Shown here one piece after another: positions 1 to 14,382 of a DNA stretch of 64,000 nucleotides. This stretch comes from Lingula anatina (Eukaryota; Animalia; Brachiopoda), in NCBI GenBank assembly GCA_051362555.1, contig CM120642.1:23250001-23314000 (forward strand), read 5' to 3'. The first letter of the stretch is position 1. Every line of letters starts with the position of its first letter. Under the pieces are notes generated by a model that worked only from the letters and a program-made list of their open reading frames with translations, was not told the origin of the DNA and searched no databases. A program made the translations under genes and the position numbers.

Positions 1-1612
1 ATCCAGTTTGACATCAGATTGCCAAGAATTTTTTATTTTTATTTTTTAGTTTGAATGTTATAGATTGACCTATTATACATTGTCAACAAGAGCGAAGATA
101 GCATAACGTTGTATTATGCTTAATGTTATTCTGCATGGTACTATTAACAGATATTTAGCAAATATTAACTATTTTTAAGTACAAGAAAAATATGCATTCT
201 GCGTACATAGTGGGATCAGTGGCAATAGAACCCTGACAACTGCCTTCTTTTGTATTACTACAAGCGTTGGAAAACAGTGCAGTTTTTTTCACTCACCTTA
301 CAAATTGTTTAAAAGTAGGTACTTTGCATGTATATAAAGGTCATTGCAATACGATTAAATGTGTAAGTATTAAATACTGACTTAATGATATTTCATTTTC
401 AGTTCTACAGTGTAATTGTATCTTAATTTACACTGTATGCCCCTTGAGTACTATTTCTGATAAAACACTATGGGTAGTAAGTGTTGTAATTAGTGTTTGG
501 GGTGTGACATATCCCATCAGCCATAAACATTTTCAGCGCTGGAAAATAAAAAAGTCCCATTTGTGTATTGTATTATATTTACAATAGCGTTTGGTCTCAA
601 TAAACAGAAGTCCCACCGTGTATTTTGTACACAAGCATGTAAATGTTTAAATATTTTTCAATATATTTTTTATTATCAGTGAAATGTATTCCTTTTCATA
701 TATGGGGGCCAAAATTAAGATAAAACTATTTAAGGTCATCTGGTAATATGATAGTTATTTTTTTGGCAATTGCCAAACTTTATTTTAAGAAAGATAGCGT
801 CGTCTTTGTTTTACTTTTAGCATTAAATTACTATAGAACAGTGGTGCTGCCAGTTAGTTTGCAACCTACAAACATAATGTATTGAAGCTTTTCAAGTTAT
901 GCACACTCTTTTGTGAAGAAAGTTGACATTTTAAAGTTCCATTACTGCTACCCACTGGAATGTAAAAAAAAGCAATTTGCCATTTAGATGTATGTAGTTG
1001 GGATTCCGGGTAAGACATTAAAAAAACCAGAATTCTATTGTAAAAAGGCTTTCAGTGACCACTAGTCGGTTATTACAGGTATATATCACAAGAACACCGT
1101 TTAACGAGGAACCAGTCTTCCAAGCATTGCTAGTATTCGTTATGGAATTCAATAGTGTAAACAAAAAAAAACTGTCTCATTCAATTTCCGTGTATTGTTG
1201 GCTATAAGACCATTCACTTTTGGTCTGTATGTATTACATCTATCCATGAAATAAATAAATCTAATGATATATATTTACATGTACATTTTAATTACTCCAT
1301 CCCATTAATTTTTTTTTTTTTTTTTTTTGGGGGGGGGGACAAAAATCTGCATGGCCTATTATTCAATATTGTAATTTACTCATATAATAACAGTCATTAA
1401 TTGTCCGTTTTTCATAACATCTTTTCTCCCCTCTACAATCTCGTACATATACATTTTGTACGTCCTTATCTACACAAACACATGCTATAAAGTGAATAAA
1501 GACGACCAATTCATCGAAAACGTTACTGTTCTATTTCAAATAACGACAAAGGCTCAATTTATACAAGGGATAATAATTCAAATCATGCCGACCATTAAAT
1601 ATTGTAGTTTAA

Positions 1613-1875
1613 GAACCCATTCCCATACCTAGATCGATCTAGCAGGATCGACCCATCTCCGAGGGGATTCTTGCTAAATTGCATTCAGGTTAAGCGGCTT
1701 AGATGTCTGGCACACCTACTGACGCTGTTAAACGATCGTTAATTACCCCCTAACAGCTTTGGTAGGCGTGCCGGACATCAGAGCCGCTTAATCTGAATGT
1801 AATTTAGCGAGAAACCCCTCGGAGATGGGTCGATCCTGCTAGTCGACCTAGTAAAGTATTTGTGGGGATGGGGTC
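1613..1875. mobile_element. Palindromic MITE (PIF/Harbinger- or TTAA-type non-autonomous DNA transposon)
   Basis: Near-complete foldback: GAACCCATTCCCA..CTAGCAGGATCGACCCATCTCCGAGGGG pairs with CCCCTCGGAGATGGGTCGATCCTGCTAG..TGGGGATGGGGTC. TTAA on both sides (1609-1612, 1876-1879). Related copies at ~54340-54590 and 61033-61247. Confidence 0.85.
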
Positions 1876-2749
1876 TTAAATTATACATACAATTACCGAT
1901 AAAATATCGTACAGTGCATGCTTGATTGAATGCGACTTCTGTTTCCAACCCGTTGGTCTCAAATTCCTATGTGTACATGTAGTGTGGTGTTATGCAATGA
2001 GCGGTTTTTTTGCTCGGTAACTTGCAAGTTCCGAAATTAACACCAGATTTGAGTGAAGTACATCACTGCCCACAATGTACAAGTACATGTATGTAAAGGG
2101 AGATTCATCTGCATGGGTTAATTAACACCTACCACTTCGGACTAGTCATTTGTTAAGATATGTATTTGATCCGTATATACGGTTAATTGTTTATCCCACG
2201 GAAAAGAGGACAAGACGGTTTTTCAATTTCCAAACCTTCTAGCTTTCAATGAAACAATGAAAATAGAAATATGTATATTGCGCAAAGAGAAAATTAAGTT
2301 TTAAATTGTTATCCCTAACAGTGTCCATAGCATTACAACGTATACTGTTTGGATTTTGCTTGCGCTACCACTAACATTGACATGACAACATTTTACATGA
2401 GAGTATGCCAATGATACCCTAGGTTCTATATTCCGGTATTGTCAGCCCGATCTTGATTTCATATATAACCCATATCAACAATACTAAAAGCGACTCCATC
2501 ACAAGGTATATATTTAACAAGCTAGCTTTTACGTTGCTCTGACACTCAGGGTAGCCAATGACCGTTTTAGCAAAAAAGAACGAGACAAAAGAAACGTTCG
2601 TTACTGCATATCCTGTTGCTCTCAAAGTAAATTGCGCTCTCTGTATTTTGCAACAACGCTGTACAAAAGCTTATTGCAAGTCAAACCTACGACAAAATCT
2701 AATTTTAAAAACGTGGACGTGTTGTGGAGTAAGCGTCAACTTACGCGTT

Positions 2750-4480
2750 TGATCATGTCATGTCCTGTCATTTAGTCACGCATTTCGTATAATATTACAG
2801 AAAAGATGAGCTTTGCAATAAGAAACACTTCATTAGTTAGGTGTCAAGATACATGCGCTATTGTTTCCATGTCCTGTCATCCACTCAATCGATGGAATAC
2901 CACAATCTTGTTTCTCACGGAAAAGTTAAACAGAGAAACTCAACGTGCCTGGAAAAAAGTTAAGCAGAATGGTACCGTAGGGTAAACAGGGCGCAAGATA
3001 ATCATACTTTAATCACTTAAAAAAAAACGAGATATTCATGATATACATGTATGTAATTTAATTTTTATAACTTACAAGTACACCTGTTATCGTAATTTTG
3101 ATGAATGGGTATCATTCGTTGGGCAATTTAAAACAATTAATTGATTATCTAATTTGATCAAATGTGCGTGTACGTCATCGTACGGGATAGCGCCGCGTTA
3201 GTTTCACATATACATTTTGCATGTACGTACGAGGGTTCATTCGCACCTTTCGTAAAAATACTCTTTATTTCTTTAATTTTCACCATCAGTGATTATAAAA
3301 ACAGAAACCAGATGAGACTGGAGACCCAGAAACGGAGGGCAGTTTGGTTAATTAGCCACATAAATTTTACAAGATAAAAACCAGACAAAAGAAACTGCCT
3401 CTACGCTTTTTATTGATTTCAGTATATAGTGCTCCTTCCATTATGCCACAACGTTTACAAAACACCCATACACAATAAATTAACGACAGTTATCTTATTG
3501 AATCAAAAGCTTTGTTTTGTGTAGCAAGTGCTTAAGTTACCATTGTGATCGTATCATGCCCAGTCATTAGGTCAGGCATTTCGTATACCCATATAGGAAA
3601 GATGAACAGTGAAGGAATCATTATAAGCTATATGGGATATTGTTTCATGTTATGTCAGGGAGTCATAAATCTCGTTACGTAAAATATTAACAGTGTAACT
3701 CAGTATTGGAGGTCAGGGCGCAAGATAATCATACTTTCAGCATTTAAAACGAGATATCCATGATATACATGTATGTAATTTAATTTTTTATAACTTACAA
3801 GTACACCTGTTATCGTCATTTTAATGAATGGGTATGGTCCAGACGAAACAACCCTACTGTAAGTTGCCCACGGCTGTATCATTTTTTGGGAAATTTAAAA
3901 CAATAAATTATCTTATTTTATCAAATGTGCGTGTACTAGTACGTCATCGTACGGGATAGCGCCGAGTTTGTTTCACATATTGTGCATGTACATACGAGGG
4001 GTCATTCGCCCCCTTTCGTAAAAGTACTCTTTATTTCTTTAATTTTCACCATCAGTGATTATAAAAAGAGAAACCAGATGAGACTGGAGACCCAGAAACG
4101 AAGGGAAGTTTGGTTGATTAGCCACAGAAATTTTACAAAATAAAAACCAGACAAAAGAAACTGCCTCTACGCTTTTTATTGATTTCAGTATATAGTGCTC
4201 CTTCCATTATGCCACAACGTTTACAAAACACCCATACACAATAAATTAACGACAGTTATCTTATTGAATCAAAAGCTTTGTTTTGTGTAGCAAGTACTTA
4301 AGTTACCATTGTGATCGTATCATGCCCAGTCATTAGGTCAGGCATTTTGTATACCCATATAGGAAAGATGAACAGTGAAAGAATCATTATAAGCTATATG
4401 GGATATTGTTTCATGTCATGTTATGTCAGGGAGTCATAAATCTCGTTACATAAAATATTAACAGTGTAACTCAGTATTGT
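2750..4480 (+). repeat. Degenerate copies of the ~590-bp satellite, including a ~730-770 bp tandem duplication (2987-3708 / 3714-4479)
   Basis: Contains monomer motifs GTCACGCATTTCG, TACAGAAAAGATGAGC and CAGAGAAACTCAACGTG. Blocks 3261-3708 and 4027-4479 are near-identical. Confidence 0.8.
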
Positions 4481-6060
4481 GTCAAGAAACAAGCCTAGAA
4501 CAAGGCTAGCCATGTATGTGTAAGTACAAAAAGTGGTTGATAAATTCTATAACTTCGTTATAACACTATAATTGGCATTTTGATTAATGTACATGGCCCA
4601 GACTGAATGCCCTATCTGCATGATGTCCAGCCCTCTGTCATAAAATAAAACAGCTTACCCAGTGCCTTGTTTAATCCAATGTGCATACACGGCATCTATT
4701 AAAGAGTATACAAAAAGACAATTTGGCACTGCTTGTCATCACTGGTGTATCCGGCAAGGTGCCTAGAATACGAAATTAGAAGTGTTACAACGCGTTCACT
4801 TTCAAAAGGCATAAAGGGCATGTTATGTTTCCAAAGGATAAGAACGGAGTTATTACTAGTACTTACAATTTGGCCCTTTCACGTTCTTTGAATGGAATGT
4901 TCTAAAGGTACAGTTAAGAAAAACCGCCGTGCCTAAATATCCCCTATCTCTACTGAACAGAAGACAACGGTGAAAGCACCTCTCACACAAGGACAGACGA
5001 TGCATACCGGTATCTCAAAGACGGTGTGACAGGAATTAGGAACCGAAGTTCGAACCCGATTACTTTGTACAGGTGACATTGATCCCACATTGCTAACGCC
5101 ATGAATATTCCGACTACCTCTTTCCTGTACCAACCATACGGGTCCCAAGACTTCCATTCCCAGGAAAACCATACAATAAGTAGTACGTCGATGGCGGTAT
5201 CAAAGTTCGAGTGAATTAAAATCAATTACTCCAAGATAACAGTTTTGTCCCATGTGAACGAGAAGCGAGTGGGTCCTTCACGTTCCGGTCGATTTTCCAT
5301 GTGACAATATGAGGAAAACTTCTACCGCTCATTATGCCAAGGTCCTAATACTAAATCAAGGCAAGGGTCAATCAAGATGCATTGCCAAGCATAGATTTTT
5401 ATTGATTCATATTAGGGGGAAAATTCCTCAACTTTTATTCCTGAACCATATACTATTTCAGTTTTTGTTTGTCAACATTTTTTTAGCCATGTGATTTTGT
5501 TGGATTTGAAAATTCCATTTTAAAAATGAATAAGTGACTTCAAAACCTTAACACTAATACGCTAAAAAAATAATATTTTGAATTACAACTTTTGAAGCTC
5601 GTGCTTCACTATCCGTTACACAAATTCATTGTGTTGGACATCTGAGAACAAATAGGGTACATTGTACGCACACAGATACGCATGCATTGTACGGCATGCA
5701 CACTCATTTAAACTAAATAAACGTACGCGCATAACGTACATCTGCTACATTACATTTTAAGTAAATGCTTGGTTCTGATAAGATATAATTACGAATTCTT
5801 GTAAGTTTAGAACCCACCAGAAAATAGTGAACTGATCACAAAGCACTTCTTCACATGGCCAAGGCCAAAGATATGCTAATCAAGGTTCAACCTTGTTCAA
5901 CCCAACCACAATCTAACATACAGTCGGTAAGGCGTGTTTTAAAAGAAACTCCAGGGTTGACAATGAAATGGGTTGGTTATCCTATTATATTTCTTTGAGA
6001 GACAATGTTCATAGGTTATTGAAAGGATAATGGGAGGAGCATTTAACCTGCGACGAAAAC

Positions 6061-6068
6061 TATTTAAA
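6061..6068 (+). promoter_or_regulatory. TATA-like box of paralog 1
   Basis: TATTTAAA at the same position, downstream of AATGGGAGGAGCATTT, in all four paralogs (6061, 21811, 34361, 44564), ~115-125 nt before the conserved signal-peptide ATG. Confidence 0.6.
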
Positions 6069-6175
6069 GCGATGTGGTATTTGTAAAACGCACTGCGGTG
6101 AAAAAAGGTGGGAAGAAGTGGAACAAAGGTACAGAGAGTTTTGTGCTTTTGAATATGTCCAAGTCGGTTGTCAAT

Positions 6176-9100
6176 ATGGATGATTCAAAGATCAGCAAAG
6201 TTTTATTTCTTGTCGTCATCTCAACAGTACTTTGGCAAGGTACTGTTTCAGCAAACAAGACCGTCACAAACTTAACGTACCCACATGACGCTACTAAGGC
6301 TGTCCCTTATACAATGCCATTGGATTCAAAACGAGAACAAGAGGTTTCCACCAGCGCACATAACAGAAGAGTTGAAGAATATACTATAACCACGACACCA
6401 CTGTTAGCTGACCAAGATAAGTCAATTGGAGGGAAGGCTTTCCCTTGGAACGCAACAACGGCTCTCCTCACACTTCAGGACGGCATTACACAGAACGGGA
6501 ACGAAACCACATCAACACCACTAGATACAAAAGAACCAACCATTTTGTCAAACCCCTGGAACGGAACATCTTTTAATACAACTTCATCAAAAACCCTTTG
6601 TGCGACAGGGCCTTATGGATCTGACTTTATCCAGATATTTTGCTACTGCGACAGATTCTGCAACGTTTTTGAGGATTGCTGTGAGCCATACCACCCTTGC
6701 AACAGAAGTTCAACAAACGCTGAACACGTAGCGCTTTCTAATGAGATAGATATTCGACGAAATAATGTTGACTGCATGATGCATTCTCTTGACTCCAGAT
6801 CTTTGATGGGTTTGAACATTAAATTCTATTGGATGGTAATGTTTTGTCCAAATTCCTGGCTTAATGATACAACACGAGCCAGATGTGAAAATCGTACTTC
6901 TGGCGATGACATTGAGCGCCATCTTCCCGTTTCTGACCCCGCAACAAAACTGACATTTCGAAATAGGTACTGTGCAATGTGCCACAGTTTTGAAAAATAC
7001 GATAATTGGTCCCCTATAGTAACTTGCGACAAATATGTGACCAGTACCGCGTTGAATATCAGTGCAATGACGCGCACACCCGATGTTTTGAAGGGTGTTA
7101 GGGAGAACAGCGGCTGCATGATTTATTTCGAGCCACCAGCAACCATCCCTGGAAGACGGTGTGTTCCAAATGTAGAACCCCAAAGAAGCAATTTGAACTG
7201 GATCACCGAAAATCATTGTAACCAAAACACTGACCCTAAACACGCGAAACTTTGCTCTTCTGGACCACCATTGTTCACTTCTGTTATTTCAGCCGTAGGA
7301 CAAGAGATTTATATGAGAAACGTATTCTGTTGGAGGTGTCTATTTGGCAGTGACGTCACACTGAGGGTGGAGTCGTGTACTTCAGATATGGGTATGTTTG
7401 TTTGTCTAATTTTTGTCTGTTTGTTTGTCTGTTTATAAGATGCCAGAAGAGAAAAAATATTATACCTTTTGAGGACATTGCCTTTAACAAAATGTATAAA
7501 CATGACAAATATATATATATTTATGTCACAGGCCAGATCCCATTCTAGTCCAATTACTAACTGACTAGGCCAGACCTCAACTAGGATCTGGTCTAGGCCA
7601 GATCCCAATTGGGTCTTTGCATTGTAAACAGCATAGTGAGCATGTTTATTGTCCAAGTTATTTACAGGTGAGCTGCCAGTTTGTTTGCATGGTATGTGTG
7701 GTTAAATTTTGGATGTTATAGATCAAGGAATATCATATAAAACTAACAATGATGACGATGACGCTTTTTTAAGACTATTGCATAAAAATTTAAAGAAAAA
7801 AATATTGATTAGAACAAATACCACCCAAAGTTAAAACATATTTTTAAAGAACAAAAATCTTCGACTGTCCCAATTTTCAATTTAATTCTTAATTTTTACC
7901 ACGTCTTTAAACTACGTAAAAAGTTGTAATTGGTAATGTGTGTTCCGATAACGTACTGTTTCGGGTCATTTAATTTTAGTTTATATACCGCGTTCTGATA
8001 TATTTTATAGCGATTCAGTCATGGTAAATTATACATGACGTAAGGATATTTTTATAAATATGTAAAATGTAACTCAAGGGGCTTTGCGTCATGAATAATA
8101 CTACGTAACGTATGTTCCCCAGAACATTGTCAGAATGTTTCATTTTGTCCAAGTACTTGGTCCTATAGAAAACAGTATTTTCTGTTGCTGATCGAAAAAT
8201 ATGATGTGGTTCCATGATAGTTTGCAGAGGCGGATCCAGGATTATTTGAAGGGGGGCCTGCAGATGCGAAGCCGCCCCTCCCCCCTTGGATTGGGGTTAG
8301 GGGCCCGCTGAAGGGCACGGAAATTTTTTGGTATTTAAGAGAGCGAACGGTGCCAGTTGATACTGTTTAGAACTATGATTCAGCTAGTTTAAACTCTTAT
8401 TTCAACAGGGGACGATTGGTGTGATTATTTTTCAGAAATCGAAAGGGGGGTCGTGATCCCCCTGATACCTCTAAATCCGCCACTTACTGTGCCATTTTAA
8501 GGCACCCAAAAGTCAGCCATTTGGGTGACAATCTTAAGTAATAGCCAAACAGTAAATTGACAGTCTCGCCAGTGACGAATCAAGGATTATTTGAATGGGA
8601 GTCCGATATTTTTGGAATGACAGGCCGGGGAAAAGAAGCCGACCCTCGCCCCCTTGGAATGTTTTGGAGGGCAAACGCTGCCATTTGGTACGGTTTAGAA
8701 ATATGAATATGCTAATCAAAATTCTAATTTCAAGAGAAGAAAATTAGTGTTATCTGTTTTCAGAAACCCCTAACTCCACCACTGTATGTCTGGTGTTATG
8801 GCGGGCAAGCTACTGAATTAATTCAAGTTTGGTCGCCTATATTGATACACACACTGGACAATAGAAGTGTCACCCCTACTGAACCAATACTATGGGGGAG
8901 ATAAATGACTGTGGAATGATATGCTCCTGGTATCATTTTATTAACATCAAATTTCACAAAAAAAATCACAAAATGATAACAAAATATGCACTCTACCAAA
9001 ATATGCAGTTTCAAGTCCAAAATTAGTACTTAGTGGCATAGCCACGTGACCTAATAATAGGTGCCAGTCTACGAGGCAAGGATTCATATAATTGTCTGAT

Positions 9101-11728
9101 GCGTTCAGGGCTTATGCTGGCCCAAGCACGAAACACTGAATATAACAGAGTTTCTCTGCTGGTTGGACGGGCATTTGTCAAAATTTTTGACATATCATTC
9201 CGAACATTTTCTATTATGTTTGCACCCGGACTCTGGGCAGGCCACATCACCCTGCGAATGTCCTGTTGGTCAAACCAATCATCAACTGCTCTGGGCCTGT
9301 GACAAGGAGCATTGTCATCTTGGTGAACAAATGGATAATTCCTGTCACCAAACATATTAGTAATAGATGGTAGCAAGCCTGACTCCAAAGCATAGATATA
9401 TTTCTAGTGATTCATGTTTCCATCAACCACTATGGATGCTGATGCACACCATGATGAATATGCTGCTCCGGGTTCGAAAATTCAGTTCATGTGGTTCAAA
9501 TGCTTTACCAGCAGTTTGCCAGCATCGTACCCGTCTGTCATCAGAGTTCAGACTTAAGCGATACTCATCAGAAAAAAAAATATAGGACCAATTGTCATGG
9601 ACTGTCCAGTTCCATATCCTGTTGACCCTAGTTCACTCTACGTTGCCTGTTTTGTAACGATATAAGAGATTTCAGTCTTGCTACCCTGCTGTACACTCTC
9701 TGAGCATGTAACCGACGCCTAGCAATTTTCACAGACACATTCTTATATGTGAAATTTTTCCACTGTGTTGTCAACTGACAAGCAGTGTCGAACTTTGACA
9801 ACCTGGACATCAAAATCAGTCGTCGGTCTTCACGGCCAGTAGTTTTTCTTGGACGACCCATCAGAGGCAATTTGTCTCTTGATCCAGTATTTCTATACCG
9901 AGACCAGACCCTCTGCACGGTTCTGACTGAACAATTCAATTGTATCGATATTCTTACATTGCTTATATTCCGCCTCTTCAGGTTAATAACGTGACGCCTA
10001 TAACCGTTAGATAATTGCCTGTATCTTGTCATATTGAAGGAAGACAGGAATAACATTTGCTATACATGTACAAGACCAACAATACAATTCCATGGTATAG
10101 CGGTTTTATACTCATTAGTCACATTATAAGTAGACCAGGCATTATAACTACCCAAGATCTGCCTACTTTTATTACTCTGATTTAGGGGGTGACACTTCTA
10201 TTGTCCAGTGTGTGTAGATTTTCCCGGAACATTCCTAGTTATATGATTTCAGATGCTTTTACTTCCATTTCGTTTTCGATTGCTGAGAGATTACTGATAT
10301 TACCGCGATTACACTGATTTTGACTTCATCGCACGATGAGAGCCCAAGCGGTTCACACCTTAGAGGTTCAAGTTTTGAATAGTCCGCCATTTAATGTCGA
10401 CTGTGGAGTTGCCCCAGGCACTGTATGATCATATGAACAGTCATGATAAGCAGGGGCCCAAGGGGGATGAGCAGGAAAAAAAGATTGGGTAAAGCAAAAG
10501 GGTCGACGTAACTTTTGAAAGAACCTTTCTTGCTGAGAAGCTGCGCACGCCAACGACAGCGCTGTGCTTGACCCACCCGCCCACCGTATAGGCTATACGT
10601 TTTACTTCTTACAGTAATAAAATGCAATTTTCATAAATCATATCTAGCTGAAGGGCCTCAAAATATTTTGGTGTTTTGAAGGTCAAACGGTGCCATTTTG
10701 AATGGGTATAGACCTATAAATCAGCTAGTTTTATAAAATTCCTTTTTCAAGAGGGGAATATTAGTGTGCTTTTTATCAGAAACCGAAGGGGGTCAGAACC
10801 ATTTTATCAATGTTCCACGCTGCCGTAGGCTAAGATGTACACTAAATGAAAAAAAAATATTACTGAGTATTTTTTCACTTGAATAAAATCCATTTTTCTG
10901 TAGTTAAATGACCAGTATGATCTTGGGAAAATGGACACTTTTTTACAAACCACATAAAATGAATACTGTAAATTTCATTTGCCAGGCCTTAAAGATGCAT
11001 ACAAAGTCCATTTTTTGTCACATTTTTTGTCACAAAAACCGACCAAATGCCAGCATATAGTTTCAAGTAGTATAACTAAGAGAATTACCAAAAGGCATTA
11101 TTTAATTTTACCCTAAAATAATGTTTGAATGGATTTTTCTGCTAGCATTCTATGCTGTATGTCAATAGGGCAGAAAAGTAGGTCACGAAAGTAGGTTAAA
11201 TTTCCGACCAAAAATTTAAAGAAAGGAGCAGTCTAAAGCTCTTTTATGGCTGATCGAGTGATCTATTCAGTTTAACCCTTGGCATGTCAAATTTATATGG
11301 AGAAACATACATGTATAAAAATATTTAGTACTTATATAAAACGTGCCTGTATGATACGGAAAGAGTTCATGTATAATGAGTAACGCCCTAGTTTGTAAAT
11401 ATACATTCTATTATTTACACTTGTATGTAATTATGTTATATTTTATTAAGTTTATTTATACATATTTTATTGTTTCTATTTTTTTTTCTTGATCATTAAT
11501 ATATTAAAATAATATAAATTAAATAGTGACTTATAAGCCCACTGGGGCTGGGTGCAAAAAGAAAAAAATGTATCTGTATTACTTGCATTATAGCACAGGT
11601 CACTTAAATAAACAAACAACATTGGCTCATTATGGTGTCAGCAATGCAAGGACCCAAATGAGATCTGAACTAGATTGGGATCGGGCCTGTGACATTTATA
11701 TATAAGGCTTAGGATTATTTAGGGTAGT

Positions 11729-11766
<38 letters not shown>

Positions 11767-13633
11767 AAATTTGAAATTGGTGAAAAACTGACTATTTTTT
11801 CGAACAGGTTTGATGGTCCAGTGATCTCACGACAGTTAAAATACGTCGTCCAGATATGACTTTGTCACCCTGGTTAAATTCACTGCAAGTAAGACATTGT
11901 TGTGTAATATTATAGTAATGTGTTCTATTTACAGGTGCTTCAAGGGTTTTTGATCCATTTGGTTTGGGTGCGCTGATTAATCCATCACCAAATTCAGAGT
12001 CCTGTAGCCAAGAGGGCAGCCAGGTGAGTAACCACCCGTATCTCTCTATCTCTCTCTCTCATACAGACTTGACACTTATTGGGAATATTTTTCCAAATCG
12101 TTTTTTTTTTACTACTTTTCTGACTAAATAATAAAGAAAACAAGGATTTAAATCGTGTTTTATTAAGTTACTATTTTAATAATCATATAAATATGATTGT
12201 GACAGTTCTTTAACTCAGTTAATCTAATTAAGAAAACAAAAGGCATGACTGATTCTAAGTCATACAACAGACATTAAAAGTGCTATTTCGATCTTTATAT
12301 TTTCCAAATTATTATCTGTGAAAGAGTTATACACCCCAAAAAAGACGTTTACATCGGTGTCTAGTCACAGCAACGGTCAGTGGTGCGTCTGGCCTTATCT
12401 GGCTGCTACCAGGGTTCTGTAGAAACAAGGTATTCCTTATGAGAGGTTTCTTGGAGTCTGATCTGGAATAATATTCCAGGCCACTGGTCGGGGCTTGTCC
12501 CATTTGGTTCAGGTTTGTTGTACGACTAGTAGACAGATGATTTGGAGAATACCGGCTACCCACAGATTGTCTATAGGCCTAGGCTTCAAATCTGGTGAGC
12601 TTGATGACTGTGGTAGCTTGACCCTCCCCAGTGAAAATTTGTCTCATTTAACGCTCACTTACGGTTCTCAAGCTGTCCTAGAACCTAATGTTATTCTCTT
12701 TTAATTAAAAAAAGTTCTTAATTTGTTCTAGGACATTCTGAAGGTCTTCCCCAAAACAGTTCTCGAACTGTTACATTCAACAACATTAGAACTGTAAAAA
12801 AATTCATCAAATGTTCTAGAATAGATTGAGAACCGTAAGTGAATGTTAAATGAGATAAATTTTCCCAGGGGCTTGGTTCTGCAAGTAATCTGCAAATGCA
12901 AGTGCTCTATGTGGACAAATTGTTCCTAAGGAGTCCTCTAGCAAATGGAAGGCATTTAATTACCAGATTATGCCTGTATTTGATCTGGTTCAGGTTCCCA
13001 TGACTGCCAAAGAAGTTTAGCACCAACGAGGATTCCCCTCCAAATACAGAGCAACTCACGCTTAGTCGCAGACCTCTTCTAGATGTCTGTGAACTCTACT
13101 TTGACTACCATGGAAGTACAGTTGAAATCTGACCTCTCAAGTGAAAACCATAGGTTTCTAGTGTTGTGCCCAGAAACGTTGATGGTTCCGAACTAATTGC
13201 AGTAATAGACGAAGACACTGCGCTATCCACAGAGGCTTTCTCAAAGATTACCTGGTATAGTAGTCTGCCAAAACCAGTCCGACGGTCACAAAGAGCATTG
13301 AGAAATATTTTCTGGTAGCAATCTGTCCATCAGTGTGCCTGGACCACATGTTCATAGTCATATTTGGACCAGCCCAAAAGTACTACCCAAATAAATCACC
13401 GCATATTTCGTAATGTAGCAGTGCTTCAGACAGGGCAGTCAGGTAATTAGGACTAACACACCTTACTACACATTTCTCTATCCACACATTTCACATGAGA
13501 TACACGTTATAAAAATGAATAACACTTTTACCTAGATAAACCCTTTTATTTAAATCAAAATGGTCCATATTAAATGTCAAGTCTGTACCTGTATATATAA
13601 AGCTATTTTAATGTGTCCCCCGCAAAGGTGCGC

Positions 13634-13668
<35 letters not shown>

Positions 13669-14331
13669 GGGTCAAATTTGCATATAATTAGCCAAGAACT
13701 AATTTACCTATTCCTGTTGTCAAATACCTTGTCGTCTGTAATGCCAGCTCACGGCACTAATAATATAGCTCCATTCTTCAGAATAAGGTTAATTCAGGGA
13801 ATTTCCAGCGATACAGTACTAGTAAGCATAGCAATAGTTGTTAGTGAAATCCATTAATTAGGACACAAAATGCAACATGTCTTATAAGATTATTAAAAAA
13901 AAAACGAAACTTTTAATGCCTATTGAAACTACACTTAGGAATATTAGTCTAGTTGGATTTTTGAAAAAAGGCTCTGCATAAGAAGCAAGGGGCATTCTGG
14001 GGTAAAAGTTTGGAACTAGGCTTATTAGCATAATTTTGGCATGCTGAATCGGATTAACCCGGTTCCCAAGCGAAATTTTGTGTTTTTAACTGTCTAATTT
14101 GCAAAAGAAAAATGTCCGCCAGATTTCCAATTGTCTGCAATATTTCTGTAACTAGACAGGCGGAAATAGCAAATGAAGTGTTTTACCTATATTTTCAGGG
14201 TCGAGGAACATTATGAAGATATTTCTGTTAGAATTAGGTTAACACAATTTTCCTAAATTTTATATTTTATATTTTATTTATTTATTTATTTATTTATATT
14301 TTTTATTATTATTTATTTTTATTTTTTAATT

Positions 14332-14382
<51 letters not shown>

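Larger units (their letters stand above)
7524..11694. mobile_element. Ginger-like non-autonomous DNA transposon (TGT...ACA ends) carrying nested insertions, in intron 1 of paralog 1
   Basis: TIRs TGTCACAGGCCAGATCCCATTCTAGT and ACTAGATTGGGATCGGGCCTGTGACA. Subterminal inverted pair TTGGGTCTTTGCATTG / CAATGCAAGGACCCAA. 4-bp TSD TTTA at 7520-7523 and 11695-11698. Confidence 0.7.

Noticed and set aside
4933-5225. Minus-strand ORFs with a vague hAT dimerisation-like look (DPYGWYRK...)
   Set aside because: Key ERxFS motif is absent and no TIRs were found, so it cannot be supported.
6074-6175. ORF-track starts at 6074 (GTG), 34374 and 44577
   Set aside because: They lie ~13 nt after the start of the TATA-like box, so probably upstream of the TSS, and paralog 2 has a stop in this stretch. 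The ATG at MDDSK/MNDSK/MDDTK is the only one shared by all four and begins the signal peptide, although nearby in-frame ATGs (6155, 21903) cannot be excluded.
6710-7243. Antisense ORFs over the paralog exons (also 22595-23012, 35132-35525, 37799-38368, 48127-48669)
   Set aside because: Shadow ORFs of the coding strand, with boundaries that differ between copies.
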